Shown here piece after piece: positions 9,567-18,059 of a DNA stretch of 18,059 nt. The notes under the pieces were generated by a model. It searched no databases. It saw only the letters and a program-made list of their open reading frames with translations, and was not told the origin of the DNA. The stretch's first letter is position 1. Each line of letters starts with the position of its first letter. The translations under genes were made by a program, and so were the position numbers. This stretch comes from Octopus sinensis (Eukaryota): the NCBI RefSeq assembly GCF_006345805.1, contig NW_021824602.1, positions 1 to 18,059 of the forward strand. Reading direction: 5' to 3'.

Positions 9567-9610
<44 letters not shown>
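9267..9610. repeat. Compound (TA)n/(GATA)n microsatellite with a ~141-146 bp higher-order duplication
   Basis: Anchor CATGTATACGTA at 9315 and 9461; anchor TATGTACATA at 9424 and 9565. Confidence 0.85.
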
Positions 9611-9613
<3 letters not shown>

Positions 9614-9689
9614 GCACACACAGAGGTACACAGATAGTACGTATATAGATATGTAGGTAGATACGTACATGCGTACATGCATACATAGA

Positions 9690-9762
9690 TTGCATTGATA
9701 CATATGTGTGTGTATATACGTACTTACACATACATATATTTATTTACATATATATATATATG

Positions 9763-9794
<32 letters not shown>

Positions 9795-10100
9795 CGTGTG
9801 TCTGTGTGTGTGTGTGTGTGTGTGAGCTTATATATATATATATATAAGCATACATACAATAGCATATATAATCATGTGTGTATATATATGTGTGCATGTG
9901 TATGTATGCGTGTATGCATCTATTGATATATAAATACGTATAGGTACCTATATATGTATATCTGTATACATCCATATATATATATAGATATATGTGTGTG
10001 TGTGTGTGTGTGTATGTTTATATGTATGCTCATATATACGTGTGTGTTCTTGTATGCTTGCGTGAGAGAGATATAGAGAGAGGGACAGAGAGCGTGTGTG
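9690..10100. repeat. Mixed (TA)n/(TG)n/(GA)n microsatellites
   Basis: Direct reading. Confidence 0.85.
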
Positions 10101-10383
10101 TGTAGGAGAGAGTGGGAGACTAATAGATTTTCTATCTTTTATGTTCTGTTTGATATAACGTCGAAAGTGTTCATACTGAACGCTGTCGATGGGAACGTTA
10201 AATTTATTTTATCGGATTTTCTCCTTTGTTTTCCTTTGTCACTCTCCCCCTCTCTTCCTAACACCCTCTCTTCACAACCTCGCAAACACATCTCACCTAC
10301 ATAAATACATACATATAGATTTGAACTCAAATATATATATACATATATATATATATTAGCGTTTAAGATGTAAGTTTTAATAG

Positions 10384-10578
10384 AAAAGACGCTGCAGTCT
10401 CACCTGCGGCAGAAAATTAACTAGTCCCGTCTGTACAGCATGCGAAATGGTATTGTCTGTAGACAAAACCAACAAGACGGTAGACTGTTATTTAAAGACT
10501 ATTTGCGGAGGCATTCGACGAAGCAGCGACAGAACCTTCAAATCTGTGATCTATTACTGGAATCCCTTATGTTTTTAG
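10384..10578 (+). pseudogene. Possible piggyBac transposase C-terminal cysteine-rich domain remnant
   Basis: An ATG-late open frame not shown in the ORF track: KRRCSLTCGRKLTSPVCTACEMVLSVDKTNKTVDCYLK. It resembles the RRC..C...C..C...LC...CF pattern of PGBD-type CRDs; LSV is one base from LCV (TCT vs TGT). Confidence 0.45.
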
Positions 10579-10972
10579 TTCCTTAATGTTCCGTACGTCA
10601 TTTCATAACATTTCTCAAGCTTTGTCGTGGGAGGTAATTAATGTTCTGCTTCCTTACATCCTCTCCACTCGGTATCAATTACACACTTAATTTCTTTTGA
10701 CAGCTTTCTCCGTTCATGCGAATAAATCTATCACCGAGGATAGCTCCTGCTAAAAATACATTCTTAACATAACGAGAACCCCCTTCCCAAACGCTGTGGT
10801 TAATTTCTTCAGAATATAATGGGGCAATATTTTTCCATTCGCTAGCACATATTCTCTGTCCGCCATTTAATCTTTGGTAACCATACAAAATTTGACTTTT
10901 GTTTTCCTTTCAACCTTCTTGACAAAGGTTAACTGTCCGAAATACCAATATTTTTCCTTTTCTTCACTGTAT

Positions 10973-11166
10973 AATTATTTCTAATTTTGTCAAAAGGCCA
11001 GCAAAAATGAGAGGAAAAGGGAGGCCGATTATATCGATCAGCGGTTATTTGACTGATACTTATTTCATTGATCCCGTGAAGGTGAAAGGACAAATTGATC
11101 TCGGTAGGATTTGAACGTAAAAACTGGAAGAAATGTTCGACGCGCTTACGATCCTTCCCACTCGCC
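10973..11166 (-). mobile_element. Old, diverged SINE family D monomer
   Basis: Reverse complement GGCGAGTGGGAAGGATCGTAAGCGCGTCG...CGTTCAAATCCTACCGAG...CCTTTCACC...AATAAGTATCAG...GCTGGCCTTTTGACAAAATTAGAA is colinear with the family D consensus seen at 4286. Confidence 0.7.
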
Positions 11167-11170
11167 ACAT

Positions 11171-11378
11171 TATAATGATTTCAAATTTAGGCACAACACC
11201 TGCAATTTTAACGGGTGCTATTCTATTACCGGTACTAGACTGGTATTTTATTTTATCGACACCGAAAGAGATGAGAGTCAAAGCTGACCTCGACTGAATT
11301 TGAACTCGAATCGTAAAGAGCTCGAAGAAATGTCGCAAAGCATTTTGTTCGATGCGCTAATGGTTCTTCCAGTTCGCC
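11171..11378 (-). mobile_element. Old SINE family D monomer, head-to-tail with the previous copy
   Basis: Reverse complement GGCGAACTGGAAGAACCATTAGCGCATCGAACAAAATGC...GAGTTCAAATTC...TTTCGGTGTCGATAAAATAAAATACCAG...TTGTGCCTAAATTTGAAATCATTAT. Confidence 0.8.
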
Positions 11379-11422
11379 ATAAATGCGGTCAGCAGAAGCA
11401 ATATAAGTAATTTTTTACATAT

Positions 11423-11639
11423 ACTCTTTTACTCTTTTACTCTTTTACTTGTTTCAGTCATTTGACTGCGGCCATGCTGGAGCACCGCCTTTAATCGAGC
11501 AACTGGGTCCCGGGACTTATTCTTTTGTAAGCCCAGTACTTATTCTATCGGTCTCTTTTGCCGAACCGCTAAGTGACGGGGACATAAACACACCAGCATC
11601 GGTTGTCAAGCAATGCTAGGGGGACAAACACAGACACAG

Positions 11640-11715
<76 letters not shown>

Positions 11716-11877
11716 GACAAGGCTCTTTCAGTTTCTGTCTACCAAATCCACTCACAAGGCTTTGGTCGGCCCGAGGCTATAGTAGAAGACACTTGCCTAA
11801 GGTTCCATGCAGTGGGACTGAACCCGGAACCATGTGGTCGGTAAACAAGCTACTTACCACACAGCCACTCCTACGCC
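11423..11877 (-). mobile_element. Full-length SINE family C with (TAAAAGAG)n 3' tail and internal (CA)n(TA)n
   Basis: On the minus strand: head GGCGTAGGAGTGGCTGTGTGGTAAG (A-box), B-box GGTTCAGTCCC, CORE-like CCTTAGGCAAGTGTCTTC, and three ACTCTTTT tail units at 11423-11446. Confidence 0.93.
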
Positions 11878-12112
11878 TATATATTCGTGTTTATCACATT
11901 TCTTTTACTTGTTTTTTTATTTTGTTATTTTGATTGACAAAACTGAGATGTAAAAAACAGCCGCTTCGATTAGCCGTTTCGAATCCTGCTCGAGACTGAC
12001 ACACTTCAATAACCACTAAATATTCACACGCACTATATACTGACACACACTTTTTCCATTTCATTTTCGCTACTAACCGTTCTTGGAACCCCTTTCGTAT
12101 CGACGATGGAGC

Positions 12113-12735
12113 CACGAACTATACGATGAATATCCAGAGTTACTCATAGTCTCTTTTACTCTTTTACTTGTTTCAGTCATTTGACTGCGGCCATGCTGGA
12201 GCACCGCCTTTAATCGAGCAACTCGACCCCGGGAATCATTCTTTTGTAAGCCCAGGACTTATTCTATCGGTCTCTTATGCCGAACCGCTAAGTGACGGGG
12301 ACATAAACACACCAGCATCGGTTGTTAAGCAATGCTAGGGTGACAAACACAAACATACACGCACACATATATATACATGTATACGACGGGCTTCTTTCAG
12401 TTTCTGTCTACCAAATCCACTCACAAGGCTTTGGTCGGCCCGAGGCTATAATAGAAGACACTTGCCCAAGGTGCCACGGAGTGGGACTGAACCCGGAACC
12501 ATGTGGTTGTTAAACAAGCAGGTGAATTTTTAATAAAAATGCGAAGGTGGTTTCTCAATTCAAAAATCGATATCCACAAAATAATCATACTTTCTGATGT
12601 TTTAATGCTAAAGACCGTCTTTGTAATCCGAAAAAATATCATAACCATTGATCCAGCCGTCTGGCCGTGAAGAGGAAACAGACAAAAGACAGACAGATGG
12701 ACAGACAGACGGACATAACGCCCATTATAGTAAGA
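12113..12735 (-). mobile_element. Non-autonomous Helitron-like element, copy 2, interrupted by a SINE
   Basis: The minus-strand 5' end A|TCTTACTATAATGGGCG is followed by (GTCT)n and TTCACGGCCAGACGGCTGGATCAATG, the layout of invertebrate non-autonomous Helitrons. There is no TIR or TSD. Homologous to 12800-13072. Confidence 0.6.
12151..12519 (-). mobile_element. 5'-truncated SINE family C inserted into Helitron-like copy 2
   Basis: Colinear with 11431-11850. Its flanks rejoin into sequence homologous to 12802-12870. Confidence 0.9.
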
Positions 12736-12736
12736 T

Positions 12737-13072
12737 AGCAAATCTGTCCAACTACGATGGGAAATAAAGGGATAGAATCGCAAATATAAACCCTCTAAAT
12801 TCACGAACTATATGGGGCGGGGGTGAATCGAGAGTTAATCCTCGTCACCGGAATTTTAACAAAAAACAAAATCAAAGGTGATTTATTAATACAAAACTTA
12901 ATACCCACTAAATAATCATACCTTTTCACATTTTTTTCGCTAAATACCTTCCTGATTACGTATTTCGACATCCCGAAAAACATCGTGATCATTGGCCCAG
13001 CCGTTTGACCCTGAACAAGGAACAGACAGACAGGCGGACAGACAGACGCAGATAACGCCCATTATAGTAATA
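12737..13072 (-). mobile_element. Non-autonomous Helitron-like element, copy 1
   Basis: Minus-strand start ATATTACTATAATGGGCGTTATC + (GTCT)n + AACGGCTGG. It shares the AAGTATGATTATTT..GTGG..CACCTT blocks with copy 2. The putative 3' end ...GATTTGCTA is a degenerate CTAG. Confidence 0.6.
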
Positions 13073-13372
13073 TTACATTCAGGTGGTACGTACTTATTCC
13101 GTAACTGACACAAAAAGCCAGCATTATCAGCGTTATCAACGTTATCAGTATGATTAGCGCTATCATCATTTCCAGCAAGGGCTCCTCATATAATCAAGTC
13201 TTCCGTTAAACTGCCACCTGCGTCTTCATTTGTTTAGGAAACTACTTTTAAATGCACTTCTTGTCTTGCCTGTTCGCTATTTTGCATCTGTACATGTGCA
13301 TACTCACACTCGCACATATACACGTGCACAGATTTAACATGCACAAACACACATGATTAGATATATACATAT

Positions 13373-13404
<32 letters not shown>

Positions 13405-13620
13405 ATCAAAATAAGCAACAAGAATGACTCCGGTAATTTGGTACGATCGTTTCGTACTACATCATTTTATTAAATGTTACTTACACACAGATACCAAGCA
13501 TATACACGCACATAGACATATATATATATTACATATATTTATATATACCTATATCCAATAAATATATACACATTTACAGATAGACAGAGACAAACAGACA
13601 GATGGACATAGAGATAGGAA

Positions 13621-13639
13621 GATAGATAGATAGATAGAT

Positions 13640-13692
<53 letters not shown>
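13621..13692. repeat. (GATA)n microsatellite within a larger compound tract 13290-13870
   Basis: Direct reading. Confidence 0.95.
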
Positions 13693-14129
13693 CAAGCGTA
13701 AAAATACATGTGCATATATATATGAGGATGGATAAATATGTATGTACGTGTTTGTGTGTCTGTGTGTCTGCTTTGATTATATGTCTGTGTGTTTGTATGT
13801 GTGTATGTGTGCTTTGCTTGTATGTGCGTGCACTTGCCTCTGTGAGTATACATCACACACACACACACGACGACAGGTCACTCGATAAAGCAAATAGAAA
13901 AAAGAAAGATGAGAAATGAAAAAAAAAAGAATATGGTGATAAAATCTCTTATAGTATGTCGAAAAATACAGTCCTTTTGCTGCTCACATGAAATAGGAAG
14001 AATGAATTATGTGCTAATTGAGTTGACTGGAAACACGCCAGTTTTTCTAACAATCATTGAAATACTCTGCATAACGATTTCTTCTGGTCTGGACATATTG
14101 ACTCTTTTAATACGGAAATATAGTATGTT

Positions 14130-14424
14130 AATTCTTTTTTATATACTTAATCTTTTTAAATATAACTTTAACTTTATATTCTTTATATTCTTTCCGTTTT
14201 CTTTTATTCTTATTTGTTGTAGTTTCTGTGAGAGTGGTTCATTCTTGCAGATATCGTCTAAGAATAATTTAGTTTATTAACCATTATTTTTCTATGCCAA
14301 ATACTGTAAATTCTTGCAAATTTACTTTCTGATTCTCTGGTTACTATTCCGCTAAGTGCAATGAAAACTTCGCTTCACTGAAGGGATTTAAAAAATTCGA
14401 AACGTCTGAGAAAAAGTTTAAATA
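14130..14424 (+). repeat. Left copy of the direct duplication flanking the SINE
   Basis: Aligns end to end with 14834-15102. Confidence 0.93.
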
Positions 14425-14612
14425 CTCTTTTACTTGTTTCAGTCATTTGACTGCGGCCATGCTGGAGCACCGCAAATCGACCCCGAGACTTATTCTTTGT
14501 AAGCCCAGTACTTATTCTATCGGGTCTCTTTTGCCGAACCGCTAAGTGACGGGGACATAAACACACCAGCATCGGTTGTCAAGCAATGCTAGGGGGACAA
14601 ACACAGACACGC

Positions 14613-14644
<32 letters not shown>

Positions 14645-14825
14645 TATATATATATATATATACGACAGGCTTCTTTCAGTTTCCGTCTACCAAATCCACT
14701 CACAAGGCTTTAGCCGGCCCGAGGCTATAGTAGAAGACACTTGCTCAAGGTGCTACGCAGTGAGACTGAACCCGGAACTATGTGGTTGGTGAACAAGCTG
14801 CTTACCACGCAGTCACCCCTGCGCC
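14424..14825 (-). mobile_element. Full-length SINE family C, internal (TA)n, small internal deletion
   Basis: Runs from ACTCTTTTACTTGTTTCAGTC to CTTACCACGCAGTCACCCCTGCGCC. Colinear with 11423-11877. Confidence 0.93.
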
Positions 14826-14833
14826 TACATATC

Positions 14834-15102
14834 AATTCTTTTTTTAATCTTTTTAAATATAACTTTAACTTTATATTCTTTATATTCTTTCCGTTTTCTT
14901 TTACTTTATTTTTTGTAGTTTCTGTGAGATATCGTCTAAGAATAATTTAGTTTATTAACCATTATTTTTCTATGCCAAATATTGTAAATTCTTGTAAATT
15001 TACTTTCCGATTCTCTAGTTACTATTCAGCTAAATGCAATGAAAACTTCGCTTCACTGAAGGGATTTAAAAAATTCGAAACGTCTGAGAAAAAGATCAAA
15101 TA
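14834..15102 (+). repeat. Right copy of the direct duplication flanking the SINE
   Basis: Aligns with 14130-14424. It lacks an 18 nt segment (GTGGTTCATTCTTGCAGA) and a ~7 nt segment. Confidence 0.93.
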
Positions 15103-15309
15103 ACAATTATTTCTGAATAAGTATGATGCATGAAATATTTCTGAGGCAAAAATTATTTACATTTTCCTTCCTACTTCATTCTCTCTAAGTCGATGCCCCA
15201 CATCTCAAGACGACGGAAATCGGTCCTGTCTTTCGTATTTATATCAATTGGTACTTTATTTGGTCGAAAACTCCATGTCCCAAGAAAATGAAAATAGAAA
15301 CCTTCCTTT

Positions 15310-15475
15310 GTACTTCATGGGACTAGTATTTCATATCATCGAAATCCACCACGTCCCAAGTTTAAAATTATGGTAAACCTTAATAGGATTGGGTCCTAAA
15401 TCGTAAGGAACTCTATCAAAATACCAAAGGACGCTTTCTTCGAAACTCTAATCTTTCTACCATTCCATCCGATCG
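15310..15475 (-). mobile_element. Highly eroded SINE family D-like relic
   Basis: AAATACCAAAGGACGCTTTCTTCGAAACTCTAATCTTTCTACC weakly echoes AAATACCGCTAAGCATTT..CTAACGATTCTGCC. The upstream blocks are in the expected order. Confidence 0.35.
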
Positions 15476-15889
15476 AGCCCGATGCCACACAACTACAGAA
15501 CGAAGAGAAATTCATTGCCACCGTCACATAACCACGCTTACATGCATAAAAACAGACGCACAAGCAACTTTTAAGAGAAGTCTCAATGAATAAGAGAATA
15601 AATGAATGGCAGAATGAAAGAGTACAAGAATTAATGAATCGATGAATGAGTGAGCGGTTAATTATAAGAGAACGCTAGAAGAGACTGCGACCAAAACAAA
15701 CGGAATGACTGTTGAAATAGATAAAACACGGCGCTGCGGTGAATGTACTATGTTTAGAGACGCTGTGGAGACGATGAAAAAGAAGGAGAAAGGTTTGTTT
15801 TAGCGAATGCAATAAAACGGCCTCAAGTAATTTACAAAAGATGACATGATTGGATGGGGGAAAACAAAATTAATTAGGAATGTTGTAAC

Positions 15890-16443
15890 GGGTGTATACA
15901 TGTATGTGTGCGTGCAGTGTGTATCGGTATGTACATGAATACACATGTGTATATATTTATTTATATATGTATATATATACATACATATACACACATATAT
16001 ATATATACATATATATATACATATATATATACATATATATGAGTGTGTGTGGGCGTGCGTGTATGCGTGTGTGTATGTGTGTGAGTTTATACGTAAACGC
16101 AATAATATACATATATATATATATATATGTACACATGCTTATATATACATGCATGCGTCGTATATATATATATATATATGTGTGTATGTGTCTGTGTGTG
16201 TATGTGTCTGTACGTGTATTGTGTATATTTATATTCATGTATGTATGTGCGTATGTAAATTTCTATGTATAAATACATGCTCACTTGTAAGAATGAATGA
16301 ATGTAGGTATGCATGTATATATGTATAGATGTGTATGTGTATATATGTATATACATATACATACATATATATATATATATATAAATATACATACATATAT
16401 ATATATATAAATATACATACATATGTATATATATGTATGTACA

Positions 16444-16478
<35 letters not shown>

Positions 16479-16580
16479 GAATCTGTATATATGTATATAT
16501 ATGCATGTATACTTTAATCTGCGCGTGTATGTATATATGTATGTATGATTTGTGCATGCATGAATGTATGTATATGCCAT
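15890..16580. repeat. Compound (TA)n/(TG)n/(TACA)n microsatellite block
   Basis: Direct reading; explains the ORF cluster 15800-16716. Confidence 0.92.
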
Positions 16581-17284
16581 AAAAGAAAAGAGAGTAGAGT
16601 GGGGTAGAGAAATAGAAATGAAAGGAATTTCGTCTGAATGGACATCTAACTAGAAGAAGTAATAATGGGAAATGTTTAGAGTGAAATGCAATTCTTTGGG
16701 ACCTTTTTCTAAGCAAACAGATCTTATTATTCTGGTAGCAAGCAATACGCCAGATTTAACAATAATTGACACTGTCAAGAATACATGGCAGCTAATTGAT
16801 TTTTCCTATTTTCTCTATGACAACAGAACTATTCACGAAAAAGAAGGAGAAGAGTCCACGGTGAAAGAACGAAGAACTAGCAAGGGAACTACCAAAATGT
16901 GCAGCCTTTTGAAACGTCTTTAATAGCGCGTTCCTTTCCAAAAGCTCTGCTGTGTTGGGAATAGCGAATGAAACAGATCTTTCATTGTAAAGGAATATAG
17001 AGAAAAAAGGTAGGTGGTGGTAGTTGGATAGGAGAGGTTTATGGTGGGGTTATTTGATGGGAGGATGGGCGTGCGGGTGTTGGTGCATACGTACGTTCGT
17101 AATTAAAATCTTGATTGAGCTAAACTTGTCGTTATTAATATTGCATATTTTCACATTGATACACCCCACACCCTTTAGATATTTTGCGTAGCTTTCTATA
17201 GTTTCGGTTGACGAAGGTATTCAGCAGTGTGAATGGAACGTGGAAATTATTAATTCAAAATCTTATCGTATGTCCCCATACATA

Positions 17285-17469
17285 GACAGACACAGACAAG
17301 CACATTCGCACACACACACACACACACACACAAGGACGCGCGTACACATGCACACACGCATAATCAGACACACTTGCATGGATGTGTATATTATATATAT
17401 AAGTGCAATGGTAATGTATATACGTATATATATGTGTGTGTGCATGTGCATGTATATATATACACACAA

Positions 17470-17500
<31 letters not shown>

Positions 17501-17703
17501 CATATGTATGTATTATGCATGTAAATTTGTAGAATTCCTTTTATTTCATTATAATTGGAATACTACATACATAGCTATATTCATGAATACATACATATAT
17601 ATATGTATATATTTACACACACACATGCACTCATATATATATATATATATTTGTATATGCTTACATACAAATATATATATATATACATTTACACACACAT
17701 GCA

Positions 17704-17737
<34 letters not shown>

Positions 17738-17880
17738 TGTATGGGTGTGTGTAAATATATATGATTAAATGTATATACAATATATATGTATGTATGTACG
17801 TATGTATGTAGGCTTTATTCATTTATGTGCGTATGTATAAACACATTTACATACGCATAGGCGCACACATACAAATACAA
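17285..17880. repeat. Compound (CA)n/(TA)n/(TATG)n block with nested inverted repeats
   Basis: Direct reading; see the finding at 17606-17760. Confidence 0.9.
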
Positions 17881-18059
17881 ACTATGGTCTTTGTTTCCCA
17901 ACAGAGAGAAAAACACTCCAATACTGGCATCGTATTTTGTAGAGTATCAGTATTTATCGCAAACATTTGGTAACTCGCGGACAGGCAGTGTCAATACTCG
18001 GAGTATGAGTGTTACGCCTTTCGTTACGTGACGTTATATGCACAATGATGAAGTTTTTT

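Noticed and set aside
10679-10888. Complex-looking minus-strand ORF (YGYQRLNGG...GDRFIRMNGES), faintly PDZ-like
   Set aside because: It has a non-ATG start, no polypyrimidine acceptor upstream and wrong PDZ motif spacing. It lies in the putative transposon subterminal region. A BLASTp would settle it.
8625-12519. Two family C copies lose their 5' ends within about 2 nt of the same site (8631 and 12519)
   Set aside because: Two events with apparently different mechanisms (fusion versus truncated insertion) are too few to claim a hotspot.
16672-16923. 83 aa ATG ORF in unique sequence
   Set aside because: No recognisable homology or splice support, and its length is within chance expectation.
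17046-17077. Possible G-quadruplex GGGG-N9-GGG-N5-GGG-N5-GGG
   Set aside because: The first loop is long, it is a single instance, and there is no functional context.

Overview
AT-rich, microsatellite-saturated eukaryotic non-coding DNA, probably intronic or intergenic. The repeat families look like octopus (coleoid cephalopod) elements; this is my recognition from memory, not a database result. No intact protein-coding gene is supported, and most listed ORFs are microsatellite artefacts. The window holds about 14 copies or fragments of four tRNA-headed SINE types, labelled A-D here as working names. It also holds an internally deleted Tc1/mariner element, a degenerate R4/Dong-type LINE 3' end with an internal deletion, two head-to-tail non-autonomous Helitron-like elements, and a possible piggyBac Cys-rich-domain remnant. 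Most noteworthy: a SINE flanked by a ~270-295 bp direct duplication, a chimeric SINE (D head joined to C body), a SINE whose B-box-bearing body is amplified four times in tandem, and 3' tail swapping between SINE families. All alignments, translations and counts were done by eye.
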